Positions 11,551 through 33,075 of a stretch of DNA of 64,000 nt are shown here, in pieces. Origin of the DNA: the human T2T-CHM13v2.0 reference genome, Homo sapiens. The notes under the pieces are model-generated. The model searched no databases. It saw only the letters and a program-made list of their open reading frames with translations, and was not told the origin of the DNA. Location of the stretch: NCBI RefSeq assembly GCF_009914755.1, contig NC_060933.1; one strand, 5' to 3'. Every line of letters begins with the position of its first letter. The stretch's first letter is position 1. The position numbers and the translations under genes were made by a program.

Positions 11551-11675
11551 AGTATTTAGTATTAGAATACCAGAGAGTATTTAGTATTAGAATACCAGAG
11601 AGTATTTAGTATTAGAATACCAGAGAGTATTTAGTATTAGAATACTAAAGAGTATTTAGTATTAGAATACTAAAG
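11551..11675. repeat. Tandem repeat, 5 x 25 bp
   Basis: AGTATTTAGTATTAGAATACCAGAG x3 then AGTATTTAGTATTAGAATACTAAAG x2; no spacers. Confidence 0.95.
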
Positions 11676-12837
11676 AATATTTCTTCCGGATGCCAGTGTC
11701 CAGTCACTTTCCATAATGCCAAATGGCCTCTCTACTAAAGAATATTTCTATGAAAGAAGTCTCTCATAGAAAATAGTAAAGTAAACCAGTGTATTAGAAT
11801 CCCTCATTTTCCCTCATACTTCTTGTATGTGTGGTCCCATGTCCTCAGTTTCAGTTTGACAAAAGGCAGCCAGGAGTAAGTCAGGACTCTGGGCTTGGCC
11901 TCTTTGTTTTATTTGTACACCGGCAAAAAATTGCTGCTGAGTACAGATTCAAATACCTTTGTATGGTTGAGTGCTTTTTTTGTGTTCCTGGATGACTGAG
12001 GCCTATTTATTTTGGGAGGCATATTGTTATTCATTTCCATTAGAAAGTAGCAGAAAGAAGCCAGATCAATTTTGTCCCACAGAGGGGGAGCAATAAGTAT
12101 TTCCAAAAAATATTTAGGAGGGAAGCTCAGTGATAAGCAGGAACATGTCAAGGAATATTGCATATTCTGTCTCCGGACGTTTGGAAGTGCTTAACGCCCA
12201 AGAAATCAGAAAAGCTTCTTGTGTGGTAAAGAAATGGCAATTTGAAAATAATCTATTTCTAAGTCTCAGTGTTGGTACCGTGAACCTACCAAGGGTCAGA
12301 CATCTAAGTACAAAGGAAAGGGGAAATGAAAAATACAGAAGGAAAAGAACCCAATTTAGAAAAAAAGAGAGCCTATTCTGCTGAAGAATCACTGGACACA
12401 GATCTTGTATTAGGCAGCACACGTTTTCATTGAGAGTTGTTTGAATTACCAATAGGTTCCCAAGTGGAAGATCAGTTATAAACTGAGTCACATAAAACAA
12501 GAGATCTAAAGTAATGTGGTATACCCAATTTGTAGGGGATTGGCTTATGATTTCATTCTGAGTTTTAAATTTTTTACAGCCACTTTACTAAGCTAGAGAA
12601 ACTGGTGGCTCCAGTGTGATTTTGTTTTTGAGCATTTCTTCAATACTCTCAACTGCGTGGTGATTAAAATAAATCTACCCCAAAAAAAGACAAAGTTCTC
12701 ATGAATCCTAGACCAAAGGAACTTACATGAACTTCAAGCCAAAAGTCAGATGGATATATGACTCATAGCAATTCATGTGATTTCTGTGGACAATGACTGC
12801 CCAGTCTCTGACCACACTCCTCGAACGCTCCTCGAAC

Positions 12838-13189
12838 AGTCTGTTCTCATGCTGCTGATAAAGACATACCTGATACTGGGTAATTTATAAAGAAAAAGAG
12901 GTTTAATGGACTCATAGTTCCACGTGGCTGGGGAGGCCTCACAATCATGGCAGAAGGCAAAAGCACATCTTTCATGGCAGCAGACAAGAGAGAACGAGAG
13001 CCAAGTGAAAGCAGAAAGCCCTTATAAAACCATTAGATCTCGTGAGGCTTGTTCACTACCATAAGTACAATATCGGGGAAACTGTCCCCATGATTCAGTT
13101 ATCTCCCACTGGGTCCCTCCCACAAGTGGGAATTATGGGAGCTACAATTCAAGTTGAGATTTGGGTGGGGACACAGCCAAACCATATCA
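12838..13189 (-). mobile_element. THE1-family MaLR solo LTR
   Basis: AGTCTGTTCTCATGCTGCTGATAAAGACATACC...GGGGACACAGCCAAACCATATCA (reverse of the TGATATGGTTTGG LTR start). Confidence 0.9.
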
Positions 13190-13504
13190 CTCTCCCTGAG
13201 ATATACTTCTCCCTGTGCCAAGTATAAATCTGTTCAATTAAATTGAAACAGCAATCCTACTTTGAATAATCTATTCTATGGAAATAAAAGCACTAAGATT
13301 TAAGTCCAATAATGTTTACTGAAGCAAAGTTTATAATAGTAACAAGACTGGAAATAACCAAATAACCAATGGCCATGATTAGGAATGGTCAAATGAATGT
13401 TGGTACTTCTATTCTGTGGAATATTATGCAGCTATTTTAGAAGAGTTAGATCCTTACCTATTGATGGCAGTGTTGTGCATTTTACAGTTTTATAAGGTGA
13501 GAAC

Positions 13505-13640
13505 AATTATTTCCCCCATTTTACTTTATAGATAAGAAACCTGAGTACAAAGATGGTTAAATAATTTGCCAAAGATACCAGAGCTAGTAAACAAGGACCC
13601 AGAATTTAAGCCCAATCAATTTGACTCTAGAACCTGTGCT
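13505..13640. mobile_element. MIR fragment (approximate edges)
   Basis: CCCCATTTTAC...GATAAGAAACCTGAG...GGTTAAATAATTTGCCAAAG...GCTAGTAA, MIR core-like. Confidence 0.65.
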
Positions 13641-14479
13641 TTTTATCCAGCTTACAAGTTTCAGAGAAATAGAAAGTAACGCAACATTCGAATAATAAAC
13701 AACCCTCCAAATCATACAGTGTGTTTGTATAAATTTATATGACTGTGAAGAAAGGTGTGGAGAGATGCAACCAGATTATTAACATGGATTACCCTGGGGA
13801 GGCAGGTATGGGTGGGGACGAATGGAGTGGGAGAGCTTGTGAACTCTTTAAACATCTTTGCATTGTTCTCCAGGTTATAGACAGCACAAGTCTAATAGTT
13901 GTGTCTCTAGTCTAATTGATAAGGTTCTTTGTGCCCCACAATCTATTCCAGAATTCATTAATGCATCCCCAAAATATTTATTGAATATCTGCAATGAGGC
14001 CAGGAATAGTGATAGATGTAAGATATCTAGAAGAGCTTTACCCAAGTATGGAGATGGACAATAAAGTATGTGATAAGTGTTAGGACAGCAGTTTAAAAAT
14101 GGGGGCATAGAGTTAACACAGGCAGGACTGAAGTATGGGGATAGCAACATTCTGGAACATTTCCCAAAAAAGTGGCACCAGACAGCTTTGGCTTGGCAAG
14201 CACCTATCATCACCTTGACTTGACTCATATTACCTCCTTTTCTTTCATTTGATCTTATTTAATTTCTTTTCAGTTTAGTTTCTGGCTTAGACAGGCAACA
14301 AGGTAAAGAGTCTGAGCTTTGGGGTCGGAAAGACCTGAGTTTGAAATAATTAACTAGTAAATTAATCTGTAATTTACTAGTTGTGAAGAACTTGGAACAA
14401 GGTGTGCTTATTTTCTCTAAACTTCCTATCCTTCATCTGTTAAAGGCTGATAATAATAACTACTTGTAGGCTAGGGTGA

Positions 14480-14900
14480 GTGTCCTGGGTTTTACTGCAT
14501 TAAAACCCTTTCAAAATTTACAGGCTTAAAGCAACTACATTTTATGCATACATGTTGCTCATGAATCTGCAGGTTGGGTTGGGCTCAGTGGGGATAATTT
14601 ACTCTTGTTATTCATACACAGCTTTAACTGGTATGGTTTGACTAGGGCTTGAGGATCCACTTCCCAAATGGTTTATTCTCAAAGCTAGCAAGTTGATACT
14701 CAGTCCTTTCCACATGGGTCTTTCGATGCTACTGCTTGGGCTTTTTACAATATGGTGGCTAGACTCTAAGAGCAAATGTTCCCCAAAATGGGAAATATGG
14801 GCTGCTAACGCTTTCCAGCCTGGGACCAAATAATACATGGACTCACTGTTGTATATGCCGTTGCTCAAAATAGTCACAGAGCCCATCCACCTTCAAGAGA
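14480..14900. mobile_element. Old MLT1-type MaLR LTR fragment (approximate)
   Basis: GGCTTAAAGCAAC...GCTCATGAATCTGCAG...GGATCCACTTCCCAAATGG...TTTCCACATGGG. A similar segment occurs at ~38470-38830. Confidence 0.55.
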
Positions 14901-15148
14901 AGTACACTGGAATATTTTGAGGAATACAACTGTATACAATCATGGCCAGAGAAATTTCCCAGGCAAAGAAATGAAGATGCTGGCAGTAGGAAGTTGGGTC
15001 TGCATGCACTGAAGAGTTAAGCTTGAGGGAACATGGACAGGGCACCGACATGGCACTACTGCCACCTGATCCATCCCAGAGTGTGAGCTCCTTCAGTTAT
15101 AGAAATCTTGGACAGTGGGACAAAATAGGTGTTCAAGAAGTGATTCCA

Positions 15149-15188
15149 GAATGAATGAATGAATGAATGAATGAATGAATGAATGAAT
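15149..15188. repeat. (GAAT)n microsatellite
   Basis: About 10 GAAT units. Confidence 0.95.
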
Positions 15189-15250
15189 ATAAGAGTATTC
15201 ACCCTAAATATAAACAGAAAAGAAAACCTAGCACCTACCATGTCATTGAG

Positions 15251-15478
15251 CAAGGGTCAACAAACAATGATCAGGGGGCCAAATCTAGCTTACCACTTGC
15301 TTTTGTGAATAAAGTTTTATTTACAACAGTACCTATCTGTTTGTGTGTTATCTATGGCTGCTTGTATGTTACAATGGTAGAGTTGAATCATTGTGACAAA
15401 AACCTATGGCCCACAAAGCCAAAAATATTTATAGCAACCCTTTACTAATCCTTTACAATAAATGCTTGTAGACTCCTG
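15251..15478 (+). mobile_element. MER58A-like hAT MITE
   Basis: CAAGGGTCAACAAAC...GGGCCAAATC...AATAAAGTTTTATT...ATGGCCCACAAAGCCAAAAATATTTA...GACTCCTG. Confidence 0.8.
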
Positions 15479-16929
15479 ACATAGAATATTGAAATCTGAG
15501 CAGTTTACATCCATATTTCTTATCATTTCTCCTTTATTTTCCTATTACTTTTGCCTTTTTTTCTTTTCTTTTTATTCATCTATTACTGTGTGCCCAAGGC
15601 TTAGGTATAGCTTAAGGGACAAGAAGAAATTTCACCCTAAGATCCAAAAAAAAAAAAAGAGTGATACCACTCTTATTCTAACAGATACAGCAACCACAAT
15701 AGGGAAGAAGTGAACAGAGAAGGAAAAATCAGGGATGAAATGGAATTAATCAAATATGGTGTTGCTATTCAACAATTAGCTTGACTGCCCTTTTTGCAAC
15801 AGGGCCTGACAGTGTCATATTTATACCACATTTGGTTGCCACTTGGCTAAGGAGCCTCAGCGGGGTACCAATTAGAGTTCTTAGTGGCAAACAATAGAAA
15901 CACATTTTGGGCAATTGAGTCAGAAACTAATGTATTAAATGATATTTGGAAGCTTTCTTCATATCCAGGAAAGCTGAAGAAGCAGATCTAGAGGCTACGT
16001 AGCAAGAAACATCCAAAGTCCACAGAAGTGATCCCACATAGTCCACACTGCCCCCACTACTGGATAAGAAACTTAGCCAGTGGTAGTCTCATCACCCCTT
16101 CTGGACCTTTGACCTGGCTAAAGAAAACATCACTACTGCCTCTGGAAGGTGGAGGGGGCTCTCCCAGGATCAATCCCGATAATTGACTATGCACAGTCGC
16201 TGATTTCCTGACTCTTTGTGTTGCTAGTTACTGAGTCAAAGTCTGACTCCGAGCACTTGATTGCTGAGCTGTAGGTCAATGTTTGTGTTCTAGTTGTAAG
16301 GGAACCAGGGAAGGTGAGAATCTGGCTTCCAGAGTTGGAAGTATCTGTTCCCAACCCAGAAGATCCTGAACTTTTGAATTTTCCTTACTTTCTTAATGTT
16401 TTCATGTCCAGATTTTAGCAAGAGCTTTGAAAGGTGATTCAATGCTTAATTTTTTTATTCATCCTTAGCAATATTTACTAAGGGTGGGCTGCATGAAAGC
16501 AATAACCTATGCTTTGCTTGTGGCCACATATCTGGTCTGTGTCTGAGCATGGGCTCACCTCATCAACTACCACATATTAATGGAACACTTGTTGGCTGTG
16601 TTAAATTTGCCATTTCTCAACTAACTTTAAAAAGCTTCACTATTATATGAAGAAGAGAATAAGGATGTGAGATCAAGAAAAGGGGCTTTTTATTGTGTTT
16701 TTAATTTTTTTTTATTTGCTAAACAGTTGGAGGAAATACGAGCATGTTTTCCCACTCGTAGGAAAGACTCTGCATAGAGAGAAAGGTTGATGCTACATGG
16801 ATAGAGGAGGAGCTATGGCTGGAGGCAAAGTATTCATGATATTATGATGGTACTATAGCCCAGGAACAAGGAATACCCATGTCATAGCTTGATATTCATC
16901 ACTCTTCCCTACAGAATTCCCAATGGAGG

Positions 16930-17269
16930 TGTATTAGTCTGTTTTCACACTACCGATAAAAGCATACCTGAGACTGGGTAATTTATAAACAAAAAGAGGT
17001 TTAATGGACTCACAGCTCTATGCGGCTGGGGAGGCCTCTCAATCATGGCAGAAGGCAAAAGGTACATCTTACAGGGCAGAAGGCAAGAGAGAATAAGAAC
17101 CAAGCAAAAGGGGTTTCCTCTTATAAAACCATCAGATCTCGTGAGACTTACTACCACAAGAACAGTATGGGGGAAACCACAACCATGATTCAATTATCTC
17201 CCACCCAGTCCCTCCCAGGACACATGGGAATTATGGGAGGTACAATTCAATATGAGATTTGGGATATCA
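16930..17269 (-). mobile_element. THE1-family MaLR solo LTR
   Basis: TGTATTAGTCTGTTTTCAC...GAGATTTGGGATATCA, with a short deletion near the right end. Confidence 0.9.
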
Positions 17270-17529
17270 TAACAAGAGGGAACCAAATATGAAGAATAAC
17301 CAGCAAAAGGGAAACCTATTATTCCTTCTTAAATCATTACACAGAATAGACAATGCAAGGCTTTCCCAAAACCTATGTTCAAAATCATGGCTAAGACCTG
17401 GAAACCTAAGTGAGACTTCCTGCTTCCTCACATGTAAGCAACACACTCAAGTGTATTTGCAAAGGAAGTATGGCCCATACCCCGGTTCACTTACATACAT
17501 ATTCTCATGGCATAGAAAAAAGCGAAGAG

Positions 17530-17760
17530 CAGTGTTTCACAATTGGCACTAATGACATTTTGGAGCAGATAATTCTTTGTTGGGGTAGGTGGGGAAGTAC
17601 TGACCTGTTCTGTGTAGGATTTTCAGCAGCATACCTAGCTTCTACCCACTAAATGACAGTAGCACACCCACCTCTCCCAGTTGTGATAACCTAAAATATC
17701 TCTAGACGTTGACAAATGTCCCCTGGGGGCCAAAATCCCCCCGCGAAACTAGAGGAGAAC
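17530..17760 (-). mobile_element. MER20 hAT element
   Basis: GGCACTAATGACATTTTGG...GATAATTCTTTGTTGGGG...CTACCCACTA...CAAATGTCCCCTGGGGGCCAAAATC. Confidence 0.8.
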
Positions 17761-17894
17761 AGAATGGTTGGCGGGTCTCTGGGAAGTAGATTCCACTTTG
17801 TTCTGAGGCAGGAAAGCAAGAGAATAGTTCCTTTGTGGGTGCATAGTTTTAGAATGCAGTACTTCTACCCACAAGTAAAAAGACCCTTGATGAT

Positions 17895-18238
<344 letters not shown>

Positions 18239-18293
18239 ACCACTTGATGAAAGCCCAGGGGGTCTTACCATGTTGACTAAAATCTCTATTCTT

Positions 18294-18475
18294 GGCTAGG
18301 CACGGTGGCTCATGCCTATAGTCCTAGCTACCCAGTAGGCTGAGGTGGGAGGATCCCTTGAGCCTAGGAGGTTGAGCCTGCAGTGAGCTCTTATGGTGTC
18401 ACTGCACTCCAGCCTGGGTGACAGAGCAAGACCCTGTCTCTCTCTCTCTCTCTAAAAAAAATAAAAATAAAAAAA
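18294..18475 (+). mobile_element. Alu monomer (FRAM/AluJ-like) with (CT)n
   Basis: Single right-arm-like unit GGCTAGGCACGGTGG...GACAGAGCAAGACCCTGTCTC followed by an A-rich tail. Confidence 0.85.
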
Positions 18476-18699
18476 TTTGAAGAAGAAGACCATGAAAAAA
18501 CCCCTCCCTTTATCCTTCTGAGGGAACAGGTGGGCAGAGATAGCTAAAGAGTCCCCTCCACGTTCATCTTCATTTCCTATTGCCTCTCATCCCCCAGGGA
18601 TGGCAAACAGATTAAGGTCCATGGACAGTGGGATATCCTCCACTCATACAGGGATAGGGTGAGGGTTCCTGGGACACTAAAATTAAGAAAGTCCCAGGC

Positions 18700-19043
<344 letters not shown>

Positions 19044-21249
19044 CTACAGTATTGTAAAGTAGCTTGGTTCCACCAGACTTGGAGAAATTTCCCCAATATT
19101 ATACCTGGCTTCTACCCACTAGATGACATTATATTATGTCGTCTCTTATCCCTTAGAACCCTCCTAGAATCTGTTTAACTATTGCCCCCAGAAGTCCCTG
19201 AAGTGAGTCACAACAGTATATTAAGTTAACTTAAAGGTTGCAGATTATTTAAGGGAAAAAATTCACTCCTATTCTATTTTCTATTTCCTGTGCACAATCA
19301 TGATGTTCAGACTGGCTCACTGGAGTTTATTCCACAAGCCTAAGTAATGCAATAAAGAATGCCCCAAACTTGAAACAATATGAACATTCTCCCATTTAAT
19401 TCACTAGAGAGAAATTAAAGCTGAGAAACAGAATCTATCTCCTTTGGTTGAAATTAAAATCTAAAAGAAATTATGGTCTCTTATTCTCACCATCCTCACT
19501 TCTTATTTTCTTTGCTCTCAGCTGGAGTTGCTAAACTCAGATGGAGTTTCAATTCCTTTTTCAGAAGCTGTGGCCTGGAACATCTTCCGCTGGGATGGGT
19601 GGAGCTCCCTCAAACACCTCTAAAACAGGACTAATCCAAACCCATTTGTCTCACCACTCTGGTTTTCTGACACTCATAAGGATCAGCAGAACATGCAAGA
19701 ACATCAGTGGGTTAGCCTATGCCCACAAAATAAAGCAAATAAGGAGTCATGACAGCAGTTTGCTTCCAAGCAAAGTTATTCCTCTAGATTTCAGCAGATG
19801 GTATAATCGAGACCGCCTTGCTGTTGGCAGTCAAAGAACATAGCAGACACTCAATGTTTTCTTGGGAAAGGTGGGTAGACAAAGAAAACAAGAGAGAGAA
19901 AATAGAAGACATGTTTCAGATTCTGCCTGTCTTGACTGTATGACGAACACCTGTTTCATGAGATGATCACATTCCATTTTGGGGTTTGAAGCAAACCTGC
20001 ATCCTGGAGGCACAGTGTTTGGGCACAAGCTTTTAAATTTCCTCTTCAGCTCTTGAATTTTTAAGAATGACACTGAGTTTTTTCCTCTACATCAACCTGA
20101 CTAATATATGGGTTTCCAATTCTCTTTACATATTCATTATTTAAAACAAGATCACCCTTATGCCAACCCCTAGCTCCAGCCCACCACAATTGATCCCACA
20201 GACTGGACTCACATCTAAGATTTGAGCTTATGAAATGAACAAGTTAGAACCGGCACGAGACCATATGCTGGTGGAGACCATGATGGGGAGGGGCCAGGTG
20301 GTAAATTTCAGGACCTAGGGACAAGCCACTTGAATCCAAAGCTGAATTCCACAGTGATTTTCTTTTCCTTGACTTCTCTTCAAAACAGCAAAAAGAGAAA
20401 CTAGATTTGGAACTAACATTCTAGTGTACTGAGAATTTAAATTCCAAATATTTTACACATTAGTGTTCTCAAGTTCTTAGGAATGAAATGACTTTTACAG
20501 ATTAAAATACTGGCCCACCATCCTGCCTGAGAAATACAATAAAGGGGAAAAAAAGCTCTGGTGAAAAATTCTTTAAAAATTACTCCTCTTGCCAGACCTA
20601 AAACATTTATATATGGAAGTTCCGTTTTGAGATGAGCATTTTCTGGCTCCAAAGTCTCTCTTTTCCTAAAAACTAATATTAATTTGAGTTACAGTATCAG
20701 CTGTCACAGGTGCACCAAGGACCTCATTCTTCCCTATGTGATACTTTGCCCCCAATACTCATTCTTATGTAGATATCCACATGACCCTCACTGGTAGTCA
20801 ATATGTATGGGCTTTGGGAAGGAGGGATTTTGTATGCTGTAATGATGGCATTACTGCCAAGAATCAAAGGGTCCTTTCTGGATGCTCACTTCTCCCCCTT
20901 GTGGGACTTCAGACCAAATATATGCAAGAAGCAATAACCAAATAGAAAACAAAATAATTTTCTATTATTGTTTTGTTGTCCAGGCCTGGAGTGCTTGACG
21001 TCAATATAAATAGAAGCAAGAATCATATACAACCATAAACCTATACTTGTGTATTGTGCAGGCCTGAAGATATGCCACCATACTTCAAAAACCCTCAGGG
21101 ATTTCTGGAAGATCCAAGAGGGAAAAGATTGATGACAAAACCCATGAGAGCTGAGCAACTCTCAACTTCCTATGAGAAAAAAAGTGAATACTACAACAAG
21201 AGCCTTGGAATATTCCCAAACTCAGAAATAGTTGTAGTTAAGAGAAAGA

Positions 21250-22140
21250 GTTACTCATGAGAAAACTGATTGCATGAAAGAGGCTCTAAACTCAACAAAT
21301 ACAACTAATCTTCATGGACGTAGAGTCAATACGGAGAATAGATGAAAAATATAGACAGTAACTTTAGATGAACTTGGCAAGACATGCTATCAAGGAAAAG
21401 AAGGCTATTGTGAAAAATAAGCACTCAGGAATTTTGTAAATTAAAGACATAATTGCTGAAACACAAAATTATACTCGATGAAGGGCTGAGTAGCAGGAAG
21501 GACACTGCTGAAGACAGAATTAGTAAAGTGGAATGTCAATCTACCTTATTTGTGCAGAATGTGTAAAAGATAAAAAATGAAAGATGTTAGAGAAAAGATA
21601 AGAGACTCAGAGGATAGATCCCTGGTGCTCTAATGTCTCAGCTTTAGGAGTAGAATGAAAGAAAGAAAGAATCAAAGAATAGAAAAATCTTCCTGCCTTG
21701 GGAAAAGCCTTGAACATTCAGATTAGAAGGTTTGTCTACTAAATGGTAAGCCAGAAAAATAATTAAAAATACCTATAAAAATAGTGAAAACACCTACAAA
21801 TGCCTAGTAAAATTTTAAGTACAAAATGAATATCCTATGTTACTCAGAGAGAATAAAAAAGTACAAAGGAGATAGAATCAAATTGATCTGTAACTCATTT
21901 AAAGTACAGTATGCAAGAGGGAGAAGGAATATGTCCTCAAATTTCTGTGGGAATTCTGGTCCACAGTTCTTCTTTAATCTAAAGCAGTATTTACGGATGA
22001 TTGAGGAAGAAACATTTTCCATAAAATTTATCATCCGTAATTATTTTATAAAAAATTAAGAAAGAATGTGCTCCAGGAAGAATAAAGAGAGGTAACACAT
22101 GGAAGAAAAGAAGCAGTAGTGAGCAAAAATATATCACTGT
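21250..22140 (+). mobile_element. Ancient L1 (L1M) ORF1-region remnant (approximate)
   Basis: A-rich sequence with L1 ORF1-like motifs (GCTGAAGACAGAATTAGTAAAGTGGAA, GAGGATAGATCC, CAGATTAGAAGG); no open frame. Confidence 0.5.
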
Positions 22141-22159
22141 ATCTAAAAAATTGGGGCTT

Positions 22160-22510
<351 letters not shown>

Positions 22511-23779
22511 TTAATGTCAATATAAATAGAAGTATAATATAAAGAAAATTTGATAACTAAACTTAAATTTCTACATCTTTTCAGAAAAACATGGATGGTC
22601 TTGGAAGCAGTGCTTGGGTAGGGTTGTACTGGGAAGATTAGAGAGAGGTTATGGATCCTGAAGATTTTTCATGCTGATAGAAGAATGTAATTTAACATTT
22701 TTATTAAAGATTAATTGTTTAGGAACTTTTTAAGAAAAATTTTGAATTCTGACACATATCTGTCCAAAAAGTTTTCAGATAAGAGATTTTGGACCTACAA
22801 GTAATTTTTAAGGTATGGCAACAGTTTTTCTGTCATGGTATATAAGTGCTGTGTTCTGGATAACATTAAAAATTACTTCAAGATAGTGTTCTGCAACTGA
22901 GTCATAAAAAGATACTCTTCCCTGCCCCATAAAAGCTATCTTTGTTAAAAGACTACTAGATCAGTGTTTCCCAAAGGGTGGTCTGAGGACCACCTGCCTC
23001 AGATGCTCTGAAATGCATTACAGATTTTGGGCCACATTGCAAACTTTCTAAATAAGCTTCTGTGAGTGAGGCTTGGAATTTGAGGTTCATCTTCCTTGGA
23101 ACTCCCAAAGTTCTTTACATATATCTTCCTTATGTCATTTACCTCCCTCTGCTTTGTGTTTTGTTTTTGTATTATCTCTTCTCCATTACAAGATTCGAAG
23201 GTCATCAAGGCAGCAAACATCCTTGAATACTCTGCAGCTTGTAGCATATTGCCTTTTGCAGAGATATGCACTGACATACACAATTGTTTCTTCACAACAT
23301 TATCACCTGTCGAAGTCCAAAAGGAATTGGTTTGTTCAAATAGAATCCTGTGCAAAGAGTTATTTCAGTAAATGTTTGGAAATGAGGGTTTTTTTTTTTG
23401 TTTGTTTGTTTTTGCTATTTTTGTTGAAAACAAAAGATGAATTATGGAAAACACTACCTCACCATGATCATTCTCCATTAAAGTTGAAGTTGTTTAAATT
23501 TAAGCATATGTAAACTGAATGCATTAATACAATGAAAATAAATACCCTATTGTATCTACAAAGGAGAGGGTGTAAAATAGATTATGGGAGAAATATAACC
23601 TCCTCCAAAATAAGCAGAGTGATATACCCTAGAAGAAATTCCAGACCTTGGCCATGTAGTCATCCTCAATCCTTTTTCATGGTTAATGCCAACAGTAGAG
23701 GGGATATGTTTGTAGCTTCCTTGTAGATCCTAGACCCAAGAAAAGATGAGGGGAATAGTGAGGTAAAGAACTATTTACC

Positions 23780-30521
<6,742 letters not shown>

Positions 30522-33075
30522 AACTATTTAGCTACATAGCATGATATATGAATCTGCCCCTGCGCCCTTTGTTTTGTCTCTAGATATTTTATCAAATGTG
30601 TTGAATAGGAAATGAGCTGACCTTGTATCATACCAGGACAATTGCAAGGAAATTACACACGACTCAAAAATGAGGCAATACATCATGATGAATGTGTATG
30701 GTGGTGCATTTGATGTTGCATATGGTGGAAATACAGTTTTCTCCATTAGATGGGGAGGTGTTAAAATGTACAAAAATAAACATATTTCACTTTTTTTTGA
30801 ATATTAACTTTCACTAGTGCTAATATAAATTTCATTTTCTCTTCTATCTGGTAGAACAAAGCTCTAAGATGCCATTCTCGCTTATGTACTTCTGAGAAAA
30901 TCATTCAGGAGCAGGGTTGCAGCACATTACCCAAGAAAAACAGCCCTGAGAATGTTTATGATTAGGCCGCTTGTAATAGGTAATTTCTATCTCTATTCTT
31001 GACATTTATTCCTAGAATATCAACCTGGGGGTGGTGATACATCACCCTACTCTTGATTTTGGAACTTTTAATATGAGATATTTTAAAAACCACATCTCCA
31101 TCTGTGATCTGGGGATAAGAGAATAAGCTAATAAGCATTGTGCCTGAGTTACAATTTCTAATACTGTGAAAAGAAGAGGCCACATCAATGGGAAAAGGAA
31201 AACAGTCTCGTGGGAGCAACTCTGAGCCTCGTTAATGTACCTTATCATTGGTTCCAAAATAGAACCAGCGGGAATCGTACCAGCCCACTATCTGGAAGCA
31301 AATAATTAATCACTGGGAAAGGTAATTAAAATGTGGCAACAAATGAGCATAGTAAGCCATAATATCAGATAAAAAGTATACTGGAAACACAGGAAATAAA
31401 GTATAGAATTAAAAAAAAGAAGCTATAACAATGTAAAATTTCCTAGTTATCTCTGCTAGTTTTCTCCTCCCAATTCCACAATCACCTCTAAATTAAAAAT
31501 GAAAATGACATGCATCACTTATCAAAATAATATGAAACAAAAGCCTGTTCATGTTTGTAAACACATTATAAAAACCTAGGATTATACCAGTAACATTGAA
31601 ATACAGTTGACAAAATATTAAAATAATATGTAACATGTACTGCTTTATTAATAAATAACAAGATCTAGCAGCTGGGCTAACTACCATAATTTTGTTGTAA
31701 ATTATAATACAAGCTATCTGCAAAACCAGTATGTGATGTGAGCATGTGAGCCTTCATTCTGAGTCTCCTGACACGTTTTCTCACCATCAATCTGAGGGCT
31801 AACACATCTGTTTCTGATATGTGGACTCCTGAGAAGAGAAAGCATTGAGAAGGGTCCTGACCATTTCTGTCCTCCCCTCCAAGGTCTCTGAAACTATGAT
31901 GGAGCAAGTCATTTTGATTATGAAGTTGTTTATGGGTGCAACCAATCATAAAAGTTCCTTGAGACTTCTCATAAAATAAGCCCCAAGACTCTTCCAATTC
32001 CTTTCTCACAGTTCAGTGCAACCTAAAAGTTGCCACTAGATTTAAAAAACCCTTGTAACTATGACTTGTGATTACTAGAGAGTCAGACTGCCACAGTGAT
32101 TTCACTCGCTGTAAATCCTCCCACATGGAAAGCTAACTAGTCTCTGATGCCAGCCTTGAGAGAGTTGGGGATTGGCGAAGCAGTGAGGCTATCCTCATGG
32201 TGATAAGGAAACCAACTTATCCCCATCCATCATTATCCTTCATCATGAGTGGCCAGATGTAGATGTCCATCCAGTATGAACTAGTAATTAGAAGACTTGT
32301 TCCCTCTCATGCTGACACACACTTATGATTACAGTTGATTCTCAGTGGGTTCTACGATCCATTCTGCATGGTCTAATTAACCAAGAATACAGTAAAAGCA
32401 TGGAGAACAAGTCAATGGCAGGCGCCTAGAGCAGTAGCTCTCAAACTGCCGCATGTCGCAATCACCTAAGGAGCTTTTGAAAAACACTGAGTCTAGAACA
32501 TGCCCCCATACCAAATAAATCTGAATATTTGGGGCGGGACCCAGGGATCAGTACATTATTATTACAATTATGAAAAAAAGGAAGACAATTAAGTAAAACG
32601 ACTATCTCATTACCTCTTTGGGTGGTAGGACCACGCATTACTTTTTTCCACTTTCTAATTTTCTTTGCAATTTGGGCTTTTTGTGATAAATGTGTATGGC
32701 TTTTATTATACGTAAGTCATCAATCAACTTTTGCTTTAACAAACACATTGTATTTAATTTTTTGAGGGTGTAAGCAAAATAGTAACCATATCAACCAGTT
32801 TTCTCAGTACTTTTATGCCTCTGTGGATGAGCCCAAGAAGCTCATGGAAGAAGTGGAAAAGCTGATCCATACCTTCAAAGATTTAGTAATGACGACATCA
32901 ATGAGAAATCAAATGAGGATCTGGTTTCCATAGGGCCACCAATGAATAATATCTCAAGAGTAAATGAATATTGCGGGTGGCTAGTAAATGGCAGTTGCAA
33001 TGATATCACCTGCAAATCCTTCAGGTTTATACCTGATATGAAATTATGATTATGTGACAAGAGCAAATCTTTCTT

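Noticed and set aside
11551-11675. Palindromic 25-bp repeats resembling a CRISPR array
   Set aside because: Units are head-to-tail with no unique spacers, there are no cas genes, and the context is primate DNA.
23765-23777. L1 target site AAGAACTATT shared with the ASS1 pseudogene TSD (1275-1284)
   Set aside because: Explained by the A-rich L1 endonuclease preference and AT-rich background; no further homology between the sites.
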